From NCBI GenBank assembly GCA_038246645.1, contig JBBRVS010000003.1, positions 4,569 through 68,568 of the forward strand: a stretch of DNA of 64,000 nucleotides. Reading direction: 5' to 3'. The position numbers and the translations under genes are program-made. The stretch is from Pyrinomonadales bacterium (GTDB taxonomy: Bacteria > Acidobacteriota > Blastocatellia > Pyrinomonadales > Pyrinomonadaceae). The notes beneath the pieces were generated by a model. That model ran no database searches, was not told the DNA's origin, and worked only from the letters and a program-made list of their open reading frames with translations. Each line of letters opens with the position of its first letter. The stretch's first letter is position 1. Positions 38,798 through 47,460 of this stretch are shown here, in pieces.

Positions 38798-39691
38798 ATG
38801 AAAATTTTCAATCAAAAAAGTATCTTATTAATCGTCGGATTGGCTTTTGCCCTGTTTGCAACGGCTTGCCAACCTGTTGTAAATAATACAAATACGAATT
38901 TAAGCAATGCAAATACGAACACGAATCTGAATACGAACGTGAATACCAACACGAATTCAATGAATACAAATACGATGTCCGTAATTGATACAAACGAACC
39001 CGACCAATATCAGGCGACTGTTACATTAAAGTTTGAAACGAGCGGTTCGAATGCCGGCGCGACTCCGCCCCTGAAAGCTGAAGTTGCGCGAAATGGTGCT
39101 GACAGAAGAATGGAATTTGCTTTTGCTGGCGGTGAGAAGTTTGTTTATCTGACAAAAGACGGCAAACAATACTTATTTTCGCCGAACCGCAAACAAATTG
39201 CCGAATTAAATAAGGAATCATTAGGTTTTGATGTCAGAAATCTGATGATGCCGGAACAGATCGTCAATCAGGTGAAAAATTTGAAAGGCGTTGAAATGGT
39301 CGGCGAGGAAAAGATTGACGGGCGCGATGCGGTAAAATATCGCTACGGTGCAACGACCGACACGCAGACCAAAGCCGGAGAAGTTACGACCGAATCTTTT
39401 GTTTTAGTTGATAAAGCAACGGGTTTGCCGCTGCGTTCGGTAACAGATGCAAGTTCCAATTCGACGAATGTGCAAGGCATCAGCGGTTTGAAATTTATCA
39501 CCGAAATCAATAACATTCGAGAAACCGCCGAGCCGACGCTCTTTGACAGACCGACGGATTACAAGGAAGTTCAACCGGAAGAGATACGCCAACAGATGAA
39601 CACTTTATTTAGTGCGGCGGCGGCAATTATCGGTCAGTTAATGAAATCTATGCAGCCGAATCAAACTCCGGCGACTACGCCGACTCCGTAA
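38798..39691 (+). CDS. Hypothetical lipoprotein with an Asn/Thr-rich linker
   Basis: ATG at 38798 has AAGGAGA upstream. Lipobox LFATAC. Low-complexity NNTNTNLSNANTNTNLNTNVNTNTNS is followed by a beta-rich domain. Confidence 0.6.
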   Translation: MKIFNQKSILLIVGLAFALFATACQPVVNNTNTNLSNANTNTNLNTNVNTNTNSMNTNTMSVIDTNEPDQYQATVTLKFETSGSNAGATPPLKAEVARNGADRRMEFAFAGGEKFVYLTKDGKQYLFSPNRKQIAELNKESLGFDVRNLMMPEQIVNQVKNLKGVEMVGEEKIDGRDAVKYRYGATTDTQTKAGEVTTESFVLVDKATGLPLRSVTDASSNSTNVQGISGLKFITEINNIRETAEPTLFDRPTDYKEVQPEEIRQQMNTLFSAAAAIIGQLMKSMQPNQTPATTPTP

Positions 39692-39710
39692 ATTTACAAG
39701 GAAGATTATA

Positions 39711-40478
39711 ATGAGCAAAATTTTGACATTTATTTTCGGCGTGGTTTTCGGCTTATTAGTCGGCGGCGGTTTGATTTTTTATTTTTTCAGCGGCGCACCG
39801 CGTGCCGCACAGCTTCCCGGTCAGCCGATTCAAGCTCCGGATCCAAACGGCTTGCCGACCGGAACGGCGACCGTTGTTTTAAATCAGCAGTTTTTCGATA
39901 CGATTTTGGGAACGATTTTTTCGCAGATGAACGCGCCCGCATTTCCTTTGAATCTGACCGGACAAAATAATTTAGATTCCGCGATCAAACCTGAAAAAAT
40001 CGCATTTTTGCAGGATAATGCGTGCGACGGGAACATCACGCTTCTGCCGGAAGGCAGCGGCGTAAAAACCGGAGTTCGTCTGGAAAACGGTAAGATCAAT
40101 GCGCCGCTTGCCTTTCGCGGAAGTTACGCGGTTTTCGGACAATGTTTGCAATTTGCGGGTTGGGCGCAGGCGAATTTAAAACTGCGATATGACCAGACAA
40201 ACCAGGATGTTTTCGGCGAAATCGAGGTTGAGACGGTAAATCTCGACGGCGTTTCGCCGATTGCCGGCGGACTTGTTACGCCGCTCGTCCAGACGACTCT
40301 GAACAACCGCGTCAATCCGATCACGATTCTGCGCGGCAAACAGATCGCTCTAAGCGTGCCGATTGCCGCAACGGACGGAACTTTAAACGCACAGGTCAAA
40401 GACGTGCGGGCGGAAATCAAGGAAAATGCTTTGAGTTTATATGTCAGTTACGATTTTTCCGGAACAAAGGGAAATTAG
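39711..40478 (+). CDS. Hypothetical membrane-anchored protein
   Basis: N-terminal TM helix ILTFIFGVVFGLLVGGGLIFYFF. No recognised motif. It lies 19 nt after the preceding gene, which suggests co-transcription. Confidence 0.55.
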   Translation: MSKILTFIFGVVFGLLVGGGLIFYFFSGAPRAAQLPGQPIQAPDPNGLPTGTATVVLNQQFFDTILGTIFSQMNAPAFPLNLTGQNNLDSAIKPEKIAFLQDNACDGNITLLPEGSGVKTGVRLENGKINAPLAFRGSYAVFGQCLQFAGWAQANLKLRYDQTNQDVFGEIEVETVNLDGVSPIAGGLVTPLVQTTLNNRVNPITILRGKQIALSVPIAATDGTLNAQVKDVRAEIKENALSLYVSYDFSGTKGN

Positions 40479-40489
40479 ATTTCAAAATA

Positions 40490-40585
40490 GGTCAGAACCG
40501 TCTGCGGTAGCGGACGGTTTAACTTACTGTTTTAGAGTTTGAAAAATTAAACTTCAACCATCCGCTACCGCAGATGGTTCTGACC
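40490..40585. repeat. 28-bp inverted repeat between convergent genes (probable bidirectional terminator or stabiliser)
   Basis: GGTCAGAACCGTCTGCGGTAGCGGACGG (40490-40517) pairs with CCATCCGCTACCGCAGATGGTTCTGACC (40558-40585). There are two transition mismatches and a 40-nt AT-rich spacer. Confidence 0.7.
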
Positions 40586-40589
40586 TCAA

Positions 40590-41099
40590 TTAATTTTCCC
40601 GATTAATATCTGCGGTTTCGCGCCACATTCCTTGCTGTCCGTTGGAAAAATCCGTAAAACCGATATTCGCTGGCGGCAGTTGTTCGGGCGTTTTTTGTTT
40701 TTTGAAATTCCTTCGATAAAATTTGACGATTTTTTCTTCGAGCATTTCTGTTTCGTTTCCTTCAAAAACAAGAGCGTAAATCATTCGCAAAAATCCGCCC
40801 CAGAAAGCAACAAGTGCGGTAAGCCCGGCAAATACTCCGAAAACTCCGAACATCTCCGAAAGAATTCCAAAAACCGGAACTAAAATCAAACCCGCCAGAA
40901 TCATTTTCCCGCCTTGTTTTAAGCCTTTTTTGCGAACAGACACGAAATTGTTCGTAAAAGTCGGCTGACTGTAAAAATTTTGCGGCAAACTTCCGCCGTT
41001 TGAAATAACTTGATTGACTCCGGTTAATAAAAACCCGCAGCGCGAACAAAAACTCGATGCTTCATTGGCTTGTTGTAAGCCGCAAGTAGGACAGAACAT
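40590..41099 (-). CDS. Zinc-ribbon membrane protein, paralog 1 (short tail)
   Basis: MFCPTCGLQQANEASSFCSRCGFLLTGV (CxxC-x11-CxxC), NGGSLPQ, two TM helices and a tail ending ...WRETADINREN. Confidence 0.7.
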   Translation of the reverse strand: MFCPTCGLQQANEASSFCSRCGFLLTGVNQVISNGGSLPQNFYSQPTFTNNFVSVRKKGLKQGGKMILAGLILVPVFGILSEMFGVFGVFAGLTALVAFWGGFLRMIYALVFEGNETEMLEEKIVKFYRRNFKKQKTPEQLPPANIGFTDFSNGQQGMWRETADINREN

Positions 41100-41131
41100 A
41101 AAAAATAATCTCCAATAATTTCAATAAAAAT

Positions 41132-41686
41132 CTAAATATCCTTGTTTAATAATTTCGTGGTTTCATCGGTCACGCTTCCTTCGACCAAATCGTTCGTATC
41201 GCGCCAATTTCCCTGCGTCGGAGGAATATAAGTTTCCACCGGAATCGTCTGTTGCGGCGGCAGAGCCTTTTCCGTTTTCTTTTTTCCGATCAAATTCTGC
41301 GCCGATTCGATAACTTTTCCCGAATGCGGGCTTTCCGCCGTTGCGCCTTCATTCGATTCAAAAAGCATGGCGTAAGCCATTCGCAAAAGTCCGCCGACTC
41401 CTAATAGAATAGCGGAAATAACGACCAGAAACGGCTCGGCTTCGGCAGCGATTGTCAAAATGGAAATGATCGGAACAACCAGAAAAGTCAGTAAAAAAAT
41501 AAATAAACCTTGTTTCAAACCTCTGGTTCGATCATTGCCATCCGCCGATTTTTTTAATTCGGAATTCTGAACTAACGCTCCGCCGTTATCAATTAAAGCA
41601 ATCACGCCCGTCATCAAAAAGCCGCACCGCGAGCAAAATTTTGTTTCTTTAGAAATTTGTTCCTGACTGCAATTCGGACAATACAT
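41132..41686 (-). CDS. Zinc-ribbon membrane protein, paralog 2
   Basis: MYCPNCSQEQISKETKFCSRCGFLMTGV, NGGALVQ, two TM helices, and the tail ALPPQQT...NWRDTNDLVEGSVTDETTKLLNKDI. Confidence 0.7.
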   Translation of the reverse strand: MYCPNCSQEQISKETKFCSRCGFLMTGVIALIDNGGALVQNSELKKSADGNDRTRGLKQGLFIFLLTFLVVPIISILTIAAEAEPFLVVISAILLGVGGLLRMAYAMLFESNEGATAESPHSGKVIESAQNLIGKKKTEKALPPQQTIPVETYIPPTQGNWRDTNDLVEGSVTDETTKLLNKDI

Positions 41687-41695
41687 AGTTTTCTT

Positions 41696-41818
41696 AAAGT
41701 GAAAAAGTTTAGAAGTTACTCCATATTTGATGAATGTGATTTTTTTTCAACTAAACCCTTAAAATGAAAGAGCTAAAAAAACTTTTTCACTTTTTAAACT
41801 TTTTCACTTTTAAACTTT
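41696..41818. repeat. Octamer-arm palindromic element (family 1), short left arm
   Basis: AAAGTGAAAAAGTTTAGAAG pairs with AAAAAACTTTTTCACTTTTTAAACTTTTTCACTTTTAAACTTT. The right arm overlaps the stop codon of the upstream paralog (41817-41819). Confidence 0.65.
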
Positions 41819-42371
41819 ATTCTTCTTTTTTCAAAAGTTTTGTCGTGCCTTCCGTCACGCTCGGTCGGACGAGTTCGCCGGTGTCTGGGGCTTTCCAGTT
41901 GCTGACCGGAGAAACATATTCCTGGGCTGTTTGTGTTTGCTGCGGCGGCAGAGCATTTTGTGCCTGATTTCCGTGCAAATGAGCCGGATTGTTGATATTT
42001 GCATTTCCAATGTTTGCGTTCTGAAAATATGCCGGCAGTTCTTTTTTAGCAGGTTTTAAGACTAAAACGGAAAAAAGTAAAATCATCAAACCGCCGAAAA
42101 TACCGATTATTGCAGACATTCCCGCCAATTCTTCGACATCCATAATTCCCCAGAACGGCGTTAGAATCAACACGAAAAAGATAAACCAGAAGAGGCTGAA
42201 TATAACGCCGTTGCGCCGCGAGAAAAAAGACTTATCACCCAATTCGAGCAATTGCGGCAGCGTTCCGCCGTTTGCCAACACTTCCGAAATAATTCCCAAC
42301 GGCAAACCGCAGCGCGAACAAAATCTCAAATCCCCAAATGCCTGCTCTTGACCACAACGCGGACAAAACAT
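41817..42371 (-). CDS. Zinc-ribbon membrane protein, paralog 3
   Basis: MFCPRCGQEQAFGDLRFCSRCGLPLGII, NGGTLPQ, two TM helices, and the tail ALPPQQT...NWKAPDTGELVRPSVTEGTTKLLKKEE. Confidence 0.7.
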   Translation of the reverse strand: MFCPRCGQEQAFGDLRFCSRCGLPLGIISEVLANGGTLPQLLELGDKSFFSRRNGVIFSLFWFIFFVLILTPFWGIMDVEELAGMSAIIGIFGGLMILLFSVLVLKPAKKELPAYFQNANIGNANINNPAHLHGNQAQNALPPQQTQTAQEYVSPVSNWKAPDTGELVRPSVTEGTTKLLKKEE

Positions 42372-42491
42372 TTTTTTTCTCCTAAAAAAGTTAAATTCTA
42401 TAGAACTTGTGACAATCTATTGATAACGCGTTGTCATAAAAACCCTACGTTAAACTATTACCGAGAGTTCGTTCAAAATCAAGTTTTCTTT

Positions 42492-42965
42492 TCAGCTAAC
42501 CGATTTTTTACCGGAAAACGTTTGAAAAACCGCAAAAGCGCGACCTTGAAAATGTTCGGCGCGAGCAATTGTTTCGATTAAAAGTTCCGCAATTGTCGTG
42601 AGTTTTTCCGGCGCGGGAATTTCCTTGTACAAATCTTTATCTGAAATAAAATAACCAAACCCATTCTGCCTTGTTTGTTCGACTTCCCGTAAATAATCGA
42701 GAATCTTCCCGCTCGTCGAAAGTTCTTCCGGCAAACTCCATTCAAACGGATCATCCCAGAGTTTGACGGTGATTCCGCCGAAAGTCTGCTCGACCGCGCC
42801 CGCGCTTCGCAAAATAAATTCACCGAATGAGAACATCGTGTAAATTTCCTTCATCTCATCCGGCTTCCAAAAAAGTTTGTCCGGCGAAATTTTTTTTACT
42901 AATTCTTCCGATCTTTCGTGCAGTTTCTTAAATTGCGCGTCAAATATATTTATTAATGTTTTCAT
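42492..42965 (-). CDS. Hypothetical protein, possibly a DinB-like helical bundle
   Basis: 157-aa ORF with helical composition. The family assignment rests only on weak resemblance. Confidence 0.4.
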   Translation of the reverse strand: MKTLINIFDAQFKKLHERSEELVKKISPDKLFWKPDEMKEIYTMFSFGEFILRSAGAVEQTFGGITVKLWDDPFEWSLPEELSTSGKILDYLREVEQTRQNGFGYFISDKDLYKEIPAPEKLTTIAELLIETIARAEHFQGRAFAVFQTFSGKKSVS

Positions 42966-43057
42966 AAAAAAAAGAGCGACAAGATTTTAACTTGCCGCCC
43001 GTTTATTGTCATCCTGATATTAAGAATGTTTGTAAATGATTAGGTCTTTGAGGATTG

Positions 43058-43207
43058 GTGAAAAAGTTTAAAAGTGAAAATGTGAAAAAGTTTTTAATAC
43101 TTTCGATCTTCGATTTTTTTGAAAAATAACCGGCTTTTACCGAAAAAGGTTTGTTCATCAGACAAAAATGAACTTTTTCACTTTTTCACACTTTCACTTT
43201 TTCACCA
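43058..43207. repeat. Octamer-arm palindromic element (family 1)
   Basis: The arms are GGTGAAAAAGTTTAAAAGTGAAAATGTGAAAAAGTTTTT and AACTTTTTCACTTTTTCACACTTTCACTTTTTCACC. The interior is the reverse complement of the interior of the 20319-20465 copy. Confidence 0.75.
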
Positions 43208-43256
43208 TGTCTAAATATCTGACGGGCATCAAATAAGAATGTTTTACTTATTAAAT

Positions 43257-43628
43257 TTACTTTTTCGCAAACTTGCGGTCGTCTTCGACTAAAACCAGTC
43301 CGTAATTTTTGCCGTTGTAACTGATTCCGTTTTGAATTTTTCCTTTGATCCCGAGTTGCGCGCCTTTTGACGGGACGCTTCTTTTGGTTAAAACCCAGAT
43401 CGAACCCGTGCCGTCGTCAACTTTGTAGATTCCGCCGCTCTGATTCAAAATCGGGATCGAACCGCCGTAACTCGTCTGAACAGTTCCCGCAATTCCGACT
43501 TCTTTATCGTAAAACCTCGATGGATTTGCTTCGATGTCGGCAATGGTTGTGCGTTTCGGACACGCCGCCGCTAATAAACTGACCATCAAAACCAAACCGA
43601 TTAAAAACGCTTTTGTTCCTTTTTTCAT
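43257..43628 (-). CDS. Small hypothetical lipoprotein
   Basis: ATG at 43628 has AGGAGAAA upstream. Lipobox LLAAAC. The body is beta-rich. Confidence 0.6.
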   Translation of the reverse strand: MKKGTKAFLIGLVLMVSLLAAACPKRTTIADIEANPSRFYDKEVGIAGTVQTSYGGSIPILNQSGGIYKVDDGTGSIWVLTKRSVPSKGAQLGIKGKIQNGISYNGKNYGLVLVEDDRKFAKK

Positions 43629-43777
43629 TTTTTCTCCTATTTTGTAAACTGAACTTTTATTGGAGAGAGCGTAACACCGTTGATAAAGATTCAATTTTTC
43701 GCTAAAAGTTTGCCAAATTTTTTAATTTTTGAGATGCTAAAGCACAGATAAAACAATAATTTCCCCAGTAAAAAAAA

Positions 43778-44869
43778 ATGTCAACGGCAACGCAAAAAGT
43801 TTCAAAGGAAAAATTTTCCTACACATCGAGTATTGCGCTCGATGTGTGGAAACCGAAAACCGATTCAAAGGCTTTTGAATGGTGGTATTTCGACGCTTTG
43901 AGCGAAGACGGGCGCGACGCGGTTGTCATAATTTTTCTCGATAATTTCATATTTTCGCCGCGATATAACGCGTCCAACCGGAAAAATCAAAACGGAACAT
44001 CTTCACATAAAAGATTCCCGGCGATTGCTTTTTGTTATTACCGCGACGGCAAACCCGTCTATCGCGCCGTCAACGAATACGATTCAAAGGAATTTTCTGC
44101 CGGACAAGATTCGCCTTCGTGCAGCATCGGAAACAGTTCATTTAATTATCAATCCGCGCCGTATGGTTCGGGATATTTTGTGGCGATTAATGCCAAACTC
44201 AGCAAAAACCGGCATATCGAAGCGCATTTTGAATGGCTTTCGATTGAATCCGATTTTCTGCCTGACAAAAAAATCAACAAAGATGACGCGCATATCTGGA
44301 ATTTGGTCGTTTCGCGTTCGGACGTAACGGGCAGAATCACGGTTTCCAACGAAAAAGGCGTAAATCTGGATGTCATACATTTTCGCGGTACGGGTTATCA
44401 CGATCACAATTCCGACAACCGTTGGCTGCCCGAAACGGTTTGCGATTGGCAATGGGGACGCGCCCATTTTTTCGATTCGACGGCAGTTTTCTACCGCTAT
44501 CAAGAAGTTAATGAAAACCCGATAAACAAACTATTTACGATCCGCGACGGTATTTTGAAAGAAAGCGATGCGGTTTATGAAGAAACAAACTTTAAACGCG
44601 ACAAATTCGGCTTAAAATATGCAACGCGCCAGACGGTTTTGACCGAAGACGATGTTCGTCTGCGGATAAAAAACCAGCAAATCATTGATTCGAGTTTCTT
44701 TTATCTCAGATTTTTGAGCGAAATGACTCTGACTTTGCGCGACGGAAAACCGCGAAAAACTCTCGGAATAACCGAATATCTCGCGCCGAAGTCTTTGAAA
44801 TACCGCTGGCTCGATTGGCTCGTCAATATGCGAATCGGCAGAGACGGCAAAGGTTCTTTTTTGCCGTAA
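43778..44869 (+). CDS. CrtC (hydroxyneurosporene synthase)-like / AttH-like hydratase-family protein
   Basis: The N-terminal pattern FEWWYFDALSEDGRDAVVIIFLDNFIFSPRY resembles the CrtC-family signature. Confidence 0.55.
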   Translation: MSTATQKVSKEKFSYTSSIALDVWKPKTDSKAFEWWYFDALSEDGRDAVVIIFLDNFIFSPRYNASNRKNQNGTSSHKRFPAIAFCYYRDGKPVYRAVNEYDSKEFSAGQDSPSCSIGNSSFNYQSAPYGSGYFVAINAKLSKNRHIEAHFEWLSIESDFLPDKKINKDDAHIWNLVVSRSDVTGRITVSNEKGVNLDVIHFRGTGYHDHNSDNRWLPETVCDWQWGRAHFFDSTAVFYRYQEVNENPINKLFTIRDGILKESDAVYEETNFKRDKFGLKYATRQTVLTEDDVRLRIKNQQIIDSSFFYLRFLSEMTLTLRDGKPRKTLGITEYLAPKSLKYRWLDWLVNMRIGRDGKGSFLP

Positions 44870-45019
44870 AAAACTACTTGTTTATGTGGTGTTTTGATAA
44901 TTTTTAAGGTTAAAAACTTTTTATAAAAAAAATCAGTATAGCGAGTGGTAGCGAGTCCCTTTATTCTGATTCAAGTAGAACTTTTTCAAACCTGCTCGCT
45001 TTACTGATTGACAAAAACT

Positions 45020-46126
45020 ATGCAGGAAAACCCCGAAATTCAAAAAGAAAATATCAAACGGCATTTGTGTCAGAACTGCGGCGCAAATATGGTCTTCGAT
45101 CCGAAGATCGGCAAATTGGCGTGTCCGTATTGCGCCACTTCGCAGACGATTGAATCTAATGTCGAAAAAATCGTCGAGCGCGATTTTTATAGTGCGCTGC
45201 GTCCCGAAAATCAGAGATTGCAGCCGATGGCAATAGATGCGATGCAGGTTTCGTGCGACAGCTGCGGCGCGACCGTGGTTTTTATTCCGCCCGAATCCGC
45301 CAAACAATGCGATTTTTGCGCGGCAAAACTCGTCGCTCAACCGAAATCTTCTGATCCGTTAGTTGCGCCGGAAAGCGTTATTCCGTTTGCGATCACATCT
45401 CCGCAAGCGATAAGCAACTTAAAAGCGTGGACGAGTTCGCGCTGGTTTGCGCCGAGCGAACTGAAAACGATGGCGCAGCACGATAAAGCCGAAAGCATCT
45501 ATTTGCCGTATTGGACTTTTGATGCGGATTCGCAAACATATTATACGGGTCAGCGCGGCGAAGATTATCAAGTCAGGGAAAATTACACAGATTCCCAGGG
45601 AAAACAGCAGGTCAGAACGCGCACGGAAACAAATTGGTATCGCGCTTCGGGCGAAACGGCAAGACATTTTGACGATGTGGCAGTTCCGGCGACAAAATCG
45701 GTTTTGCCGAAATATCTCGAACGCCTTAATTGGGATTTCAGCGCACTCGTTTCTTACGAACCGGCTTATCTTTCGGGACATAAAGCGCAGGTTTATCAGG
45801 TTTCGCTCGAAGAAGGTTTTGAAAGATTCAAACAAATTGCCGAAGGCGTGATTCGCGGCGATGTTCACAGCTCGATCGGCGGCGACCGTCAGCGCATTGA
45901 TTCGATGGACACGAACTATTCAGGTATTACCTTCAAACATCTGCTCGTTCCGGTTTATGCCGGTGCGTATCGCTTTAATAATAAGGTTTATCAAATCGTC
46001 ATCAACGGAAAAACCGGCGAAGTTCAGGGCGAAAGACCGTATAGCTGGCTCAAGATCGGCTGTCTGGTTATCGTGATTATTATATTTTTAATAATCATCT
46101 TTTCAATTGTCGGTCTATTACGTTAA
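45020..46126 (+). CDS. Conserved hypothetical protein with two zinc ribbons and a C-terminal TM anchor
   Basis: CQNCGANMVFDPKIGKLACPYC and CDSCGATVVFIPPESAKQCDFC, then a ~230-aa domain (LPYWTFDADS...) and the hydrophobic tail IGCLVIVIIIFLIIIFSIVGLL. ATG is at 45020. Confidence 0.6.
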   Translation: MQENPEIQKENIKRHLCQNCGANMVFDPKIGKLACPYCATSQTIESNVEKIVERDFYSALRPENQRLQPMAIDAMQVSCDSCGATVVFIPPESAKQCDFCAAKLVAQPKSSDPLVAPESVIPFAITSPQAISNLKAWTSSRWFAPSELKTMAQHDKAESIYLPYWTFDADSQTYYTGQRGEDYQVRENYTDSQGKQQVRTRTETNWYRASGETARHFDDVAVPATKSVLPKYLERLNWDFSALVSYEPAYLSGHKAQVYQVSLEEGFERFKQIAEGVIRGDVHSSIGGDRQRIDSMDTNYSGITFKHLLVPVYAGAYRFNNKVYQIVINGKTGEVQGERPYSWLKIGCLVIVIIIFLIIIFSIVGLLR

Positions 46127-46137
46127 TCTTCTAAATT

Positions 46138-46671
46138 ATGAATCCATGGCACGACATTCATTACGGTAAAAAATCTCCCGAAATCGTAAATTCGATCATC
46201 GAAATCAGTAAGGGCAGTAAAGGTAAATTCGAATTAGATAAAGAAAGCGGTTTGATTCGCTTAGACCGCGTGCTTTATTCATCGGTTCACTATCCGGCAA
46301 ATTACGGTTTTATTCCGCAAACCTTTTGCGACGATAATGATCCACTCGATATTCTCGTTTTTTCTTCGATCGAGATTCCGAAAATGTGTCTGATTGACGC
46401 CAAAGTCATCGGCGTAATGCGAATGGTTGATTCGGGCGAAGTGGACGATAAAATCATCGCCGTTGCCGCCAATGATATTTCCGTCAGCTACCGCAACGAC
46501 ATTTCCGAACTTCCGCCGCATACGACACTCGAAATGCAGACGTTTTTTGAGGATTACAAAAATCTGGAACATAAGGAAGTCGTCGTCGAACAATTTTACG
46601 GACGCGAAAAGGCTTACGAAATTATTATTGAAGCCATCGAACTCTATAAAACGACATTTGGACAGAAATGA
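46138..46671 (+). CDS. ppa: Inorganic pyrophosphatase (family I)
   Basis: [41 protein letters not shown]. Confidence 0.9.
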   Translation: MNPWHDIHYGKKSPEIVNSIIEISKGSKGKFELDKESGLIRLDRVLYSSVHYPANYGFIPQTFCDDNDPLDILVFSSIEIPKMCLIDAKVIGVMRMVDSGEVDDKIIAVAANDISVSYRNDISELPPHTTLEMQTFFEDYKNLEHKEVVVEQFYGREKAYEIIIEAIELYKTTFGQK

Positions 46672-47105
46672 AATTCGAGCCGAAAGACCGGGATTTTATC
46701 GAAAAAGTTTATAAATCCTTTTCAAAACAAGCGGTAATGAGGCTGATCGGAGCGGAACTGACCAAAGTCGAACCCGGAAAAGTTGATATAAAACTTCCCT
46801 TTCGCTCTGATTTAACCCAGCAAAACGGCTTTATTCACGCCGGAATAATTACGACAATCGCCGACAGCGCGTGCGGTTATGCGGCTTTTTCGCTGATGCC
46901 GCAGGATTCGAGCGTTTTAAGCGTCGAATTTAAAGTAAATTTATTGTCGCCCGCCGTCGGCGATTTTTTCAAAGCCGAAGGCAGAGTCATCAAAGCCGGA
47001 AAAAATCTGATCGTCGTGCGCGGCGATGTTTTCGCCGTAAAGAAAAAAGAAATCAAACAAATCGCCGCGATGCTTGCCACGATTATGTGTGTGAAATCAA
47101 ACTAA
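46668..47105 (+). CDS. PaaI-type hotdog-fold thioesterase
   Basis: [21 protein letters not shown] and the overall ~145-aa hotdog pattern. It overlaps the ppa stop by 4 nt. Confidence 0.8.
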   Translation: MKFEPKDRDFIEKVYKSFSKQAVMRLIGAELTKVEPGKVDIKLPFRSDLTQQNGFIHAGIITTIADSACGYAAFSLMPQDSSVLSVEFKVNLLSPAVGDFFKAEGRVIKAGKNLIVVRGDVFAVKKKEIKQIAAMLATIMCVKSN

Positions 47106-47108
47106 GCC

Positions 47109-47456
47109 TCAATGGAAAATGAAAAACGGAAAATGGAAAATGTCAGAAAATTTCCAAACTCTTGTTGAATCTATAAATTACTTCGAGTTTGCAGGATTTT
47201 CATAATACCTCTTTACTTTTGCTTACTTGCTTACTAGTCTGTAAATTAAGTTTTAAGGCGTTTGAAAAAAGTTTGGAGTTCCGCGTTTACGCGGCATCCG
47301 CCAGCGAAGCGCGGCGGAAAAAGCCGCCTAAAGGCAGGACTCCAAACACTTGAAAATTTAGTTTACGGACTATTAAGCAGTTCGAGCAAAGATTCAAAGT
47401 AATTTAGGGAGTTTCTTACATTTTCCATTTTCCGTTTTTAATTTTCCATTGATGCT
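47109..47456. repeat. Heptamer-arm palindromic element (family 2, GGAAAAT units) filling a convergent intergenic gap
   Basis: The left arm is TCAATGGAAAATGAAAAACGGAAAATGGAAAATGTCAGAAAAT. The reverse complement of the right arm is GCATCAATGGAAAATTAAAAACGGAAAATGGAAAATGTAAGAA. The interior is itself nested-palindromic and has a GC-rich core at 47271-47347. Confidence 0.8.
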
Positions 47457-47460
47457 TAAT

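Noticed and set aside
38881-38975. AAYACN hexamer DNA repeat
   Set aside because: It lies inside the lipoprotein ORF and simply encodes the Asn/Thr-rich linker. It is not an independent DNA element.
47271-47347. tRNA-like cloverleaf in the GC-rich core of the 47-kb element
   Set aside because: It has an acceptor-like closing stem and two hairpins. It has no anticodon-arm pairing, no T-loop consensus and the wrong spacing.
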